Shown here: one piece after another, positions 14,532 to 28,700 of the stretch | Layout of the letters: each line of letters opens with the position of its first letter | Position numbering within the stretch: the stretch's first letter is position 1 | Source of the DNA: Phallusia mammillata | Lineage: Eukaryota | Direction of reading: 5' to 3' | Assembly (NCBI GenBank): GCA_965637545.1 | Contig: OZ281496.1 | Location: 24,800,001-24,864,000, forward strand | Length of the DNA: 64,000 bases | Notes under the pieces: model-generated | What the model was told of the DNA's origin: nothing | Databases searched by the model: none | Seen by the model: the letters and a program-made list of their open reading frames with translations, nothing else | Made by a program: the position numbers and the translations under genes

Positions 14532-16947
14532 ATTTAAGGCCTACCTTCTTCGTTTTTTTTAACGTTATTCTACATAGACGATAATGGGTCAACGACTTGG
14601 CGGCCAATGATTGGCCTTTTGTTGACCTGTCACGTAGCTACTTGTTGTGCAATTTTCTTTGTTACTGTTACATGAAATCGTGACAAATAAACCATTGATT
14701 GATTGATTCTGCGAAATATAGAAAAGCTGTGAGAATTAGCGATTTAAAAGGGGAATGTTAAGAATTACTTACGCCGCCTAAAAAATGTTAGGATTTACAC
14801 CAGATCAGTCGCTGCGAAATTCAGCACAGGGTGTCACGTTTTATGTTCAATGTCGTTATGGGCAGATGTTAATGTCCTTCCAGTAAACAAAATTCTAAGA
14901 GCTTGAACCAGAAAATCTGCTTTAGAATTGCGAATAGCTCAAGAAAAATTCCCGCTTGCTATTGGTTCGATCAATCCGCTTTCGGTTTTATGCAATTTAC
15001 ATAAAACTTGACATTTCAAGATAATCGTCTACGCAAGTCAAACGACCGCACTATAAATTTTATAATCCAGGAAGAATTACACCTGGAAACACTATATACG
15101 GGTCCGTTCAATAACCTTATGATGACTAGACTGGCCCAAATTGCATCCAAAGCGACATGCCTTCGGTTTATCGTACGCTTCGGCGCTTCACTTTTGCCAA
15201 TTCTAATAAGGTAACATGACTCGATAGGTCATACTGCACAAATCAAACAAACTTTTGGCTAAAAACTAAGCTCTGTGACTTTATATTTTATTTTTTCCAT
15301 GACTTAACATGCTAATTAAAGTAAAGATGGTATATTTTCGGACCGATTCCTGGAATTTCCTGAAGATTCCTGTGATAAATGAACGCACCCTTTTTCGTTA
15401 ATCCATACCTGTCACTGTGGGTATGACTTGCGTGCCAAGAGCTAAACAATTGCCAATCACCGCGAGTTTCTTAAACCGTGTTCTTAATAAAAATAAATAC
15501 TTGTAAAAAATGCAGAAATAGGACAACACATACCGAAAAATTGTCAAGCATACGTCGCATATAATTGAAGCTAATGCCTCTTTGTTCACTTTTGCCACTA
15601 TCAATTTGATTTAAGCATATGAAAGAACGGTTTTGATGCTGCTTTGCACAATTACACTGCAAGTTTGTCATAAAATAATCTGTTTGTAAACATGCCAATG
15701 ATGCCCAAACATAAAATTTTCGAATGTGAAATAGAAGCGCCTTGCCCATGTTTCCAGTAAAAAAAACTTGTTTCTAATCGTACACAGCTAAAATCAATTT
15801 GCAACGCACAATTAATTTGATCTATAATTACTTTATCTGTGCGATATCTTGTTCAAACTGCATATATTTCTTGCACAAGCGCGCCTTCCCAAAAACGTCT
15901 TTGCCCTACGACTGTTACATAATTCTGGACATGCCCGTGGTAAGCTTCTTGGTGGGTAGAATTGTTTGACCCCTTTAACTTTCAATGCCACAGGCTATCT
16001 TACGGTCTATGACCTAATGGCGGGTTGCAATGGTTTTCACCTTTGTCTCGCCCACGCGACTACAGTGTTCCTTTGTCATCTGCTTTCACCACTGGTTATT
16101 TGTGTAGGGCGGAGCAGCACGTACACGCCTAATGCAAAGCCGGGAGGTATGTTGTAATCCCTTCGCTTTTGTTTTGGTTTTGACTTGCACGTCGCGTTAG
16201 CTTCCGTGCAATCGCTGCCTCAAAATGCCATTTTCTTGAAATCTCGCACGCAACCGATTAAACTGACACGTGTGGGATGAATACTATTCCTTCCACGACA
16301 ACTCAGAAAACAAGATTTGTGTACCTGTGAGCAATGGTACTAACATCCTAAATTTCTCCACAGAAACCACAATTTTCACTATTTTTAATAGAGATCTCTA
16401 ATAGCATAGATGTCTAGTAGCTATTAGTAGCGATCATAGCTCAAGACATCAAAAATAAAAAAAGGAACAAATAATATATGTGACCAATTTTAACAAAATT
16501 TAAGTTTTGTCCGCACTGTGTACTCGTCTCGCAAAATTTGCGTTGCCGATTATGTTTTCGCCATACTATATGCCCAATTACCTTTTTTCCTGGGAACCGA
16601 CATTTTGGTTTTATTGCTTTTGTGAAAAACGTTTTTGAAAAGCTTGAACGATTCCGCCGATTAAAGACACGTGTAAGTTCACAGTTTTGCGGGTAGTTAT
16701 TCTGTTGAAATATCCCGATGCCGCTGAAAATGATGTTCGTATAAAATTGTACTTTTTAAGACACAACGTAATATCAATTCACACTTTTCCTGACTAAAGT
16801 AAATTTTGACGGAAAAAATGGCTAATACTTTTCCAAAACATGTTTGGGCACAGAGAATGGAAAATATTTTCTAGTGCAGAGAAGTAACAGAATCAGTCAA
16901 TGAATTTACATGGAAAATATATTTCGCATAACTGGTATCTGCAGTTC

Positions 16948-16963
16948 CTTATTCAAATAGAAT
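16948..16963 (-). other. Exact genomic copy of the 16-nt ascidian spliced leader ATTCTATTTGAATAAG
   Basis: Reverse complement of CTTATTCAAATAGAAT; 16/16 match to the Ciona SL as recalled. It is followed by GAACTG rather than a GT donor. Confidence 0.5.
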
Positions 16964-19731
16964 CAATTTGAGCACCTTTGTAGTGTTTGAACTTCACAAC
17001 GATATTTCCCGCCTTACGACTCAGACTTTATCTGATAGATCTGTAATCTTGTCGTGAGAAGCACCTGAACAGGCAATATTTTTGCAATCACCAGCATGAT
17101 AAATGGAAGCACTTTGTCTATGACTAAAGGCAGGACCGTTTTGGGGTGAATGTTCTTGAAATGTCATTGATCGTTTAACCAAGATGAAACGGCTACCCTA
17201 CTCATTTCATTTAGAGCTTCGCGTCAATCAAGAACTAAAGTTTTTGAATTAGATTGTACTGAATCGAAATTTTTGTTTACAGAGGACTTTCTGGTAATGG
17301 CAACACTATCTGGTTAAAGACGAAACAATGACATTTTTTCTTTTCGTCGGCTTGGAAACCGCTTCCACATGACCTTAAATGTTATGGAATACGTTTGCCG
17401 CCTAATGGACTTAACGCTTTACCACTATGTGTCATGAGCTCTTTAGGGTTATAATCAGTTTGTATGCAAATCTACCAACACCACCATGACCACTGCTGAA
17501 AGGTCTGCACGTGGGACTTTTTTGCTCAATCTTCTGTCACTTTTCTGACACCACTTTGCCATATTAAGGCTTTCCTTAAGAGGGTCGTTGTCTGAATAAT
17601 AATAATTATACACTGCTATATCTGACGACAACTTGAATTCTGCTAACCGAATGCTCACCCGTTCCCCTTCGCGATAGCTCGCGAAATGAACGTGCGTTAT
17701 TGCCCGAAGTCACCTTTTCTCGCAGTTCGCCGAAAATTGCCCGCATTAAGTCACGGGGACACTTACCGACCGCTGTTGGTAAAAACCATTAAATTAAAAA
17801 CCTTAGTTTCCAACTTTTATACTTGCACCTATAAAGAAAAAGAAGATATGTGTACTACATTTAGGCTTCGTGAAAGTTGGGAGAAAGAGGTTTGTAAATT
17901 TTAACAAAGCACCAATTCAATGATTAGAATTTGTGCTATTCGTTTAACGCTCGTCTGCTTGAATTTCGTTTACATGTCTGGTACATCTTATATCGGTTCT
18001 ATTTACAAAAATTACATTCTTTTATGGCATTAAAAAAATCTGGTTAGGATTTATGTGCTAGATTCCTCAAAACCTCGTTTAGTTTTTCTTATAAGCCGCA
18101 AAACACTTTACATATCTTCGACGGTTGTTTTATCGTATTGGTAAAGTAACCATTTTCCGCTTTCATCAGAAATCTTTGCATTTGTTTTCCACGGAAATTC
18201 CCGGTTATGATTTAGTGTTCGCCTTTAGGCTAGTAATTTTTGTCGATCAAGTGTCTGCATGCAATAAACATCGACCGTCCATTTAATGCGTAATATCAGT
18301 AATATGCGGAACGTTTGAACTGTGGAACGTTTGATCTACCTGGAATCACTAAAAGTGTTTGGATGTTTAATCTCTTAATTTACATGTTTTTGCGCATGGC
18401 ATCCGTTTTGTCTACTTGAATGTGAAGGCAATTAAACCGTACATTGCGTTTTTTGGCCAAAATCTGTAGTATTTGACCAAAATCTTTAGTATTTGACCAT
18501 CAAAATATCCCGACCTGATCTGAGCGATAAGAAGACTGCTAATAAACATGTGTGTGTACAATAAAACTTCTAAATGCTAATAAAAAATCACCTTGAACTC
18601 AAAAGATCAAAAGTGACTGGGATAGGCCCATGTGCTTATAAAATATCATTAGCATAGCTTATATGGAGAAGCGCAAACCACTGAAGGTAGAACGTTCATA
18701 GCTTGAAGAATATCATAGGCAAAGCGACCACAAATTGTAATTGGAAATCGGATATAAAGAATCCATTTGAAATTTCCCGACAACCTTTCCGTTCACTTTA
18801 TTAGTTTCCGGATCGTTAGTTAATCTAGTGGGTCTGTTAACCTCAAAGACGTAATTGAACAAAGCCTGTTTCTCCGAAGCACGTCATTGTTTTGTAGAAA
18901 CTAGCAATTACGGTAAAAATGATATGATTTGTTATACAACAAGTGGATGGCCTCTTTAAAGTTTCCGGAAATTGTGTGATTCACTGTTAATTATCGCCTA
19001 TTTGCAATACACCTACGTCTTTTGAGCAAGTTTCATACCCTTTGATTGTAACTTTGAATGCTGACGGATGACAATTCGTCTTGATCTATCTAACATAAAA
19101 TGCCTTCGATACAATAATTCACTACTGTAACAAAACGTTTTAATCGACATTACATCATTCAAACGTACAAAAAAACGCATTGAAAAAACTCTAACAAAAT
19201 TCATAAATTACGACAAAAAAGTTGTGAAGAGTCGGGATATCGAAAAGTAGTTAAAAACAGGACAAATAATTGAGTCAACGCAAAAACACAAACGCACGAA
19301 CCTAGCAATATAAACGAGGTTATAGCACCAAAGTTTTTATATAGCTACGTGATGTGATGATTTGTAGGACTTTGGTGTTAAAAAGCAATAAATACAAGAA
19401 AAAGACGGTTTGCGTAAAACGAGGACCACATTTACACATCTTTGGTGGTAAGGTCACTGTAGGGTATGGGCGTCGGAAAACGTTCAAATATTATCATGTA
19501 AATAAACTTACAACATCTAAAGCCAAAATCCGAGTTTGTTATCTTGTTAGGATTTCGCTCTTCTCCTAGTTTGATTTTCATTAACTGGCGGTTTTCACTA
19601 GGCATGTAAGGTAAAAACACATCTTGCTTCAGCCAATGGTCGCATCAGTTCATCACCAACGGAATGCCGCCCGCCTTGTCCTTATTGCGAACACGCTGCT
19701 TTGGGTTGATACATAAAGTATTCAGTTTGTT

Positions 19732-22700
19732 TCAGCAGGCCGCACGCACTTTGTTAGCCATGGTGTCGCGAATCCAAACCTCATAATTCGTTACGGGTAC
19801 ATATATACCGGGAACGCCAAGCCCACAATCGGTGAAAGCATACGATGTAATACCGCCGATGAACCATTGACTTGTGCTGCCTATACACACCAGCGGCCCT
19901 CCGGAATCTCCCTGAAATAACACGTACGCGTTTAATTTCCTAACGTCCTTTTTATACTGAGAGTTCAAGTAAAATTGGATAAGAGTTTTTTCCAGGCTTG
20001 TATTCAGGATTAGGGTTAGAAAAGACTAAATTATGTTTTATTTTCGGAAACTCCAGGCGTAGCACTATTGTTAATTATTTAGAATGTTTTTCCATCTTGA
20101 AACTCGTGGTTTGGTGTGGTTTGAATCAAAATGAACGTCAGGGACTTATTTGGACATGAGCCATACAAAATCTTGGTGAATATATTTTGTGTTTCTTACC
20201 TCACAAGTATCCATAAAGGTACCATTCCCCCCTGCACACATATGCCACGTTGAATGGATTTTGTTCCCCTTTTGTTCATTCTGGCAGTCTTCGAAGTCTA
20301 TGATCGGTACTTTGGCCTCCATCATATTTTCAGTTAATTCTGTGTTATTCTCTATATAAAAAGCAGTTAATGTTTAAAGATAAAGTAGTGAAAAGAAGCT
20401 TGAAGCTCGGTGTTTAGTACAGGCCAATTTCGCGTTTGTATTTTGTGTGTGTTTACATATAAACGAAACTCTTTCCGTTATACGACGTGTCGATTTAACG
20501 TACACTTTTGCTGGGGTATTGATTGCTTTTTTTTTATTGCATAGTGCTCATTGAGCTTTTTTTGGTATCATTCTGGTCATTTTACGGGCAGAAAAAAGTT
20601 ATACTTTTGTGTACTTAATAATCTCTACCTGTGTGACCCCATCCCGTTACGAAGCAGGTGTGGTTTGGAGAAGGAATTTCAGCGTTTGGCAAACATGCTG
20701 GTGCCACATTTCTTGTAATTTTAGCATCCTCGCGAAGCATAATCAGTTCGATGTCATCTAGAACACACAAAACAAATATTTAGCCGGGGAAAATCATCAG
20801 GGTTAAATTGGTAGTTGGACAAAAAGCATTGTTAACAGTAAAATAGTACTACAAATGAAAATGTAAACAGCGAAGGCCAAAGAATTTTTAAAACAATGTA
20901 TTCACTAGACGCATGTCATCTGGTAGTTTTGTGTTGTTAACTGAAAACATTCAAAACACCATTTTACATCATTTAAATAAACAAAGCAACAACTCACTTT
21001 TCATGCCAGAGTATCGGTTGTAGAAAAATTCATCATGTACAAAAATGCGCTGGATTCCAATTCTTTGACTTGTTGTATTATCGTCTATCAGCTTGTTTGT
21101 TCCCATTAGTACGGACCATCTCGAGTCTACGTTATCATGCTGGAGGTTTCGCCTAAAACATTATACATTTTTAAAAAAACAATCTAAACTTTTAAACGAC
21201 GCTTGCCCTACGCAATAACTTTCATCTTGTAAAGTTAGACATTGAGGCAATGCCTTGTACCCAATAACCGCCTTGCTAGTCAAGTGAGAAGTTCTTTATC
21301 TTAAAGTTTGCTGTTACATAAGTGCACATATACCAAACACGTACTTGGTCAAAGTGCAATGTGCTGCCGATAGCACCCAGGTGGCGCTCAAGAGCGTTCC
21401 TCCGCAAAAGTGTACCCATTGATTAGTAGAGTCATAGTATTGCTGAAGACTGACTTGCCATGGCCACGCATCTTTTGCTATCTACAAAAAAGCAGAAAGT
21501 AAATAACGGAAGAAAGTTATATACTAGTCATAATCCCACAGGTCGTTTTTCCACTCATGTTTCAGTGACACTAAAAAACTATTAGTTTCCAGCCGGCGAA
21601 AAATGTCTCCCAAAGGATGAATTTTTGAAACTTTAGGGCAGAAATTCACTTTAATTTGTTATTGTGGTGTATAAACAGACACTTCAGCTTTGGAAATTTA
21701 TAACTAGAGAAGTGGATAAAAGGTCCAATCTTAAATGATTTTTTTATTGCGTAGCATCTACTATGTAATTTATTGTAAAGGAATATTATTGTTTTGAGTC
21801 GTTAAGGGAGGGAATTTGTCGATAAACGTTAGGAACCACTGCTATAAACAGTCCGTACCCTTCCATGAGCAATTCTTGTTATGTTCGGTTTTCTTGCTAT
21901 CTTGCGTAAACCTCCTTTAATAGCCCTGATACCGCATTCAGCGTTTAGGGTGGGTGAGGTGGGTGTAACGTTCAAACAGACCCCCACATCACACTCTTCC
22001 AGCTCCGTGCTTGAACCTTCACAACCTAATATAAAAAAAAAGTCTTTCATTCTTGTCACACAAAAACTAAACTGTTATTTTGCATCCGACACACAAAGCG
22101 ATAAAATACGTATTTCTTTTGGTTGCATCTTTGGTTCGTACTTATTCGGTTCATAAAATATTCGCAGGTGAATTTTTTGAGAAATGAACAGCTAGTATCG
22201 CCTAGTTACGCCACATACCTTCGCCATCAGTGCCGCCAAGAATACATTTTCGTTTTCTGGTCTTGTGTCCCAAACCACATGTGACGCTGCAGCATGAAAA
22301 TCCCGTCCATTCTCCCCAGAATGGACATCTCTAAAATACATGTTGATTTCAACTTTTAGTGCCAAATGCTTTAGCTTAAAAACTGTTGTCCTACATAACC
22401 AAATTACATATATTATATAACTTAACCAAACTAAAATGGTCTTGTACTAAAACGTTTCATCGAAAAACTTTTAAACTTTGTGGGTTTAAAGTTCAAACAT
22501 GTACAAAAAGATATTGTATGAAATCATCTAGTATCGGTTCGGTACTTACAAAATCGTTGCAACCTCGCGTATCTTCAGCTTTTCCCTTGCAATCTCCTTG
22601 TATACATTTTCTCGTTCTAGATTTTTGTCCTCCCCCACAAGTTAATGAACAAGGCTTAAACGGGGTCCAAGCACTCCACAACGGACAATCCTGTTCAAGA

Positions 22701-25700
22701 ATAAATCTGTTGCGTGATTTAGCATACAAAGTGCTTTACAAATAATACTCATTCTAAAAAGAGATGAATTTAGTTGTATGATATATTCCTTTTTTATCGA
22801 GTGCAGACGCTTCAAAACGGGGGGATTTGGAGCGAAATAGGCCGCCGTTAAACATAAAGTTAAAAAAGGACTCAAGCCACGTACAATTTTTACTCTAGTC
22901 ATGTGTAGATTTATAACTTGCTGCTTTTGACATGGTTTCTTACTGTCAAGTTGCAATTTGCAATGTCCAAGTCATTTCCGTTGCATTTTGTGTATTCTTC
23001 TATATCTTCTGTCGTGCCTCTACATTCTCTCCACCTTGTTTTCCTACCGGAGCTACCGCAAGAGGTCGTACAAGGGCTGTAGCCTGACCACTGGCTCCAA
23101 CAGGGTGGAGCATGGCACACCTCGTACTTTCTGGACGACCCAGTACATTCAGCTGAAAACAAATATCTGCATGCAACGTCTGCTATTACTTCCAAATATG
23201 TATTTGACTGGGTTGAGCTTGATGCGTATGTACAGGTTTGGCAATAAAAAGGTATTTTTGCCTCGAAAGAAAAAAGGTGTTTCCCATTTTTCACCTGTTT
23301 TATTGTAGTTTGCAAGATTAGTAAAGCCATGATACATGATTTTTTGTCAGTTTTGGCTGTTGCGTAGGAGGCGTGGATTTTGAGGTATTTTTTTGCTCGC
23401 CGCAGAGCCAGGCAAAACCAAGATGAACTTATCTAGTAAAAATATTGAATTTTGCGGCATTTGTTCTTCTGTATGTGACAGCACTTGACCTTGAATCTGC
23501 GCCTCACACATTGTAGACCCATTAAATATTTGGCTTCGGCGTTCATAAAACTGCCATCGTCAACCCATTTACCTCAAACCTTTTTAAATTAATGTTACAC
23601 TGCGAGTGAATTTTGGTTGGAAAGTTGTTCGGCCCAGTCCGCAAGAGTTACGAAACGTTTCTATGGGTAATATTATTTAATTAGTTTTATTAAAGGTTAT
23701 CGGTAAATACCAACATAAAAGTCTAGTCTTTATTGGGTATTTGTTCCTTACAAACTATTTGCCAATTTTGCGCATTGAATTTTCTGTATCTCATGAGGGT
23801 ATGACAAAAAAAAACAGAAATAAACATTTTACACTTTATTGTTTTTAATCACAAAAACGTTTGCGATCAGAAGTATTTGCCTTACCATTGTTTAATGTCC
23901 TGTTGCATAATCGCGATGCTTTCCTGACACCAGAGCCGCAGGTTGACGAGCAACCAGACCACGAAAACCAGCTGCTCCATTCCGGTGCACAAGCACTTGA
24001 GGCACATTTCCTTATCTCACGCGATGCGGATAGCCCCCCTTCGCAATCATCATGGCTGACGATTTCTATTGGCAGATATATATTAAATACCTTGCGATTT
24101 TTTAATGAACCGTACTTAAAATGAAGGTAAAAATGACCTCATTTGTACAAAATAGCTAAACCAGACAAAAAATACTCGTATTTGAGAAAATATACATGGC
24201 ATTTAGAGAAAATATACATGGCGTTTTTGCTTTCAGTTAAATCAAACTCGTAATATTGTTAGCATTGCAATATCAACCCGACCCAGATAAAAAAACAAAA
24301 CAAACATTGTTACCCACCCTGTATGTGGTCAGTTGCTGGTGCAGTGGTCATTGCAATCTTTTTGTAAGCAACTCCGGCGTGCGGTGTGAACCCGGATCGT
24401 AGAGTTGTCCAAAACTCATCTAGTGTTGCAGTTATTCCCCTTGGTAAAGGCTTTACCGCTGTCATTGGCTTTGTCGTTGAGTTTTCTTAAATATTTTTAA
24501 ACAATATTTTTTAACAAAAATGCATTAACATAATAATATAAATGAAGGTTTGTGGTTGTGACTGGACGTTTAACTTCAACTTTTTGGTGAATTAGGAACC
24601 AAATAACAACTCACCGGGTGTAGATTTGGTGCCTTCCCGTTCTCTTCTGAAAAATACAAAATGGTTGTTTAGTTTCTTTTGAAAAAAGATAAGTGGTACA
24701 TAACGCAGAGTTTATGTTGTATTTCAGACTGTAAACCTTGCGCACGCTAAATTACTAAGCTTACCTTGTAACGATGCAATGTCGAGATCTCATACAGATT
24801 CCTTTCTTTTTGTCACAAGAAGCATCACATCCAGACCATGGCGCCCATGTCGGGCACAAATTTGAATGTGTGCATGCGCGAGTTTCAGTAAAACGGTCAT
24901 CACAGACTCTACAAATAGATTCAATACTTTATGAAATTTTGAATCCCAAGTGAAATTAGAAATGTTTCAGTTTTTCTTTCTTGGTATAATGTCCAGAGTA
25001 ATTTCTTTTATGTGTTTAGCCGTGTACAGACGCGAGTAACCCTTTCGTGATATTTGTTTTAAAATAAAATGATACGAAAATACTTGATTTGTTGCTCTTA
25101 GACTTAAAAAACTTGGTGGCTCTAATATAAAACTGAGGCCCAAAACACCTTGATATTGTACATACATGCATACGCTTTTGAAACGTGCTACGATTATAAC
25201 CCCGCACAAGGGTCAATTGACAAGCCGTAACATTAAAATATGTGGGTAAGTTGATACAAACCCAAGAACAGATCACGAAATACCCATTGGCAGCTATTGT
25301 ACATCTCCGGTTAGTTGCAACGTGATTAAAGCATCCGCCGGTGGCACTACCCGGTATCCTACTCCGTTTTTACATGCAATTTAGGTGTCTGGGTCCGTGG
25401 CTAACTGTGCCGCCATATTTAAACTAGCTTCGTCGGATTTTGTCTGCTTTAGTGGTATTTTTAAAAGCAGAATTGTTTATTTGTACCCCGTGGGCGATTT
25501 TACGCTAATTTGTGCGGCGTAAAATTTCCACAAGCATATATTTGGAAACATTTTGTCATAGCTACTGCCGCGTCACGCAGTTTTATGTAATGTTTATATA
25601 GTTCGTATCGCCTGACGTTATTCGCAAATTTGATGAATGTAATCGCAGTGTATGTGTGGGAATTGTGGATTGATCCATCCGACAAAATCATTGCAATTGT

Positions 25701-28700
25701 AATTGTTGATGTAGAACTTAATATCGATCCGAAAAGCTAAATTATTCCCCTGTTTCTCGTAGGAAAAAACCTCTTCCTCTTTTCTTTATTTAGAAAACAC
25801 TTGTCAAACGTTAAGTGACTTACACCTAAAACTTTTACCGACTGAGCGTGGCGTCTTAAAGTCGACCGAAATGTTGTTATTTTTTTGCTTGATCTTATCT
25901 TTGACATGCCTTACCACGTTTTATCCACTCATCAGTATATTGCGCATGTTCAAATTGTATAATGGGGCAGTTGATTTGCCAAACGACCTCAATTGTTACA
26001 ACCACATGACACACAAGGCTATTCAATCTCGGTAGCAAATTGAATACTAACGTTTTATGTGAAGAAAGTCGAAAGCATTTCCGACCTCGGATTTGAACTC
26101 CTTCACCACAGGTTTCGGAACAGGCGCCCCATGACGTCCACGTTGACAATATAATATCGCTGCAAAAACAAATTTGGTTGAACAAACCGATGCCGATGAT
26201 ATTATGATGAAAGTGGGTTCTTACATTATATAAGTATACCAATGTTATACCTCAATAAAGTCATCGAAAATGAAAATAAAATCTTTGAAGATTTTGCTAT
26301 AAACAGTTTAGGTCAAAGACTATAAAAACTCTGCAATTTGCAAAACTCTCACAAATGCCGTGCGAAAATTAAACACCGAATCCTAGTTTAAGGCAAAATA
26401 ATTTAAATTTGCGTTGGCGTCGTGATACAGCTTATTTTCAAATCAACATTTTCCTTATCATGGTGCACATACCACCCATGCATTTGAAATCGGATGTAAT
26501 AAAGTCTAGCGTTTCTACTTGCATGTGTCTGATCGTACCTGTGATTTTGACGGTCAATCCTGATTCGTTCGGTGACGTTGGCGCATCTCGTAGCCTTGCA
26601 CAGACGCTTTTCGACCGGAGCATCTGTTTGAAAACGTGTAAAAATGCCAGTCAAAAGCGGTGCATTTAACCACAGGTATTCTTAATTGGTTGTTACCGAG
26701 TCCATTTTGTGTATTCTCGCGTTTTATTTTGTGGTTAAAGCGTATGTTTTACACTTCGGCCAGTTACAATCAAAAGTGACTCATATAAATTATTGTCAAC
26801 GAAAACGGAAACGTTACGGCTTAATGCCTTTTTGTGGAATTGTACTTTTGGATTCTTATGAGTTGAGTTGATTTGGCTTGGTGAATAACACATAGCGACA
26901 CAATTGCACTAAAACAATCACCAATCCGGAAATAGATTTGCAACGTTTTATCAACTTGTTAAAAGTACGAAACAAAACACAAATAACTTGTGTATTTAGG
27001 GCATGTAAATGACTTATTTACTTATCCAATCACCAACAGAGTTGTGTTAAAGTACAAATACATTTAGTTCACCTTGTTTGCAAGCTCCTACGAGACATCT
27101 GCGCCGCCTAGTCAACTCAGTCCATTTTCCGCATCGCAAATCGCATTGGGGCCAAGCAGACCATTCGCTGTGTTTTGTAGGACACGGAGTATCTGTTTTA
27201 CATCGTTGGAATTCAACCGCACGCCCCTCACACGTTCCAAGCTGTAGCAAAAATTACAAACCGGTTTTTACTACAAGATGTAATTGGGGAGCTTGATTGA
27301 AACTTATTTGAATTTGTTATGACAGTTGTGTGCCACCTCTGTGCGGTAGGAGTTCGGAAAAGTGTCGCAATGTCCTGGTGTTTGATCTTATGATGGCCCG
27401 ATAATTGCATTAAAATATACACCCTAGTTGGCAAAATAATTGTTAGGTGTTTGATTTCAGAGAAACTTGTCTTGATGTGGGAGTTATAGTGTCATATTTT
27501 CATAGATTACAGGTGTCGGTTGCGTCCTTTTTTTATCACACAGAAATGTTTTGCTGCAAAATGGTTTGTGCAAATAGGTAAATACATTTTATGTCATAAA
27601 TTGCAAATACAATCGCTATTTGCAAATTTGCTCATGGGCCGACGAACCTTAAAATCTTAATTACACGCGGCTGTTATGACTCAATTTGCATTAGCGTTGC
27701 AAGCTAGACAAACTAACATGTATCGTTTTACTGACGCTGGTGGCGGTAGCTGAAGTTTATTTTCGAAGATCTTTATCAGTTTTGCATTTAAACAGTAAAC
27801 TGAAAGTTCGCCCACATCGTATACAAAACCACGCATACCCTTAAGTGCTATTTTCCTGATATTTGTTTTACGAAAATAGAACTGTTTTACTCAAGCTTTT
27901 GGCAAAAAAAACACTCTTCGATTTAAAAAAAAACAAACAATTGCTGCAAGTTTAAAGCAACAACCTGCAAGAACAAATTTCCCCGAATTAATAATTATTC
28001 CTAACCTTTCCTTATTTGATGACAAAAATCCTGTTGGAATTAGCTCCATATAGCTCAAAACTGTGGTCAATGTTAAGCAGGGATCTTATTTGGTATTTGC
28101 CAGCACACTAAACCGGTTAGCGTGCTGAAAACTTCCAGACGTTTACGTGATGGAAACCACAGCCCGGGCGCCAGATTTTGTTTAAAGTCGCCCCAAAGTT
28201 TCACCTGCGATGCGGCAGGCATTTGGCAGAATCTTGTTCTCAGTTGAGTTCCTTCCTCGCCGCAGGTTCGTGTGCATTTCGAATATTCCGACCATTCTCC
28301 CCAACCCGCGTCGCAGTGGGCACGACCTGGGCACGGTTTCGCATCGTTGTGTCCACCGGAGCATTCCCCGTGTTTTCGCTTCTCTTCCCCGAGCATACAG
28401 AACCTTTCGAGAGCAGTATTGTTACCAAGGGATTTGTATATATTCCATGTATTGCCCAAAGTAGTATTGACGTAAACTGTTTATCCGTTTTGCTATTTGC
28501 GGTTTTGGTAGTTCATGTGCGCGAGTCAACGAGCTATCGCCTATCATGTCTTGTGTATTGTTTTTTTTTTGAAATTGCATAGTTTGTGGTACTAGAGTGA
28601 TAGGAAACTAGGGGTATAAATACAACGCTCTCAGTGAGTATTCAACACACCTGTTTAATCTGAAAGCAATAGCGTATATTCAGCGTAGGATGGCGCAAGC

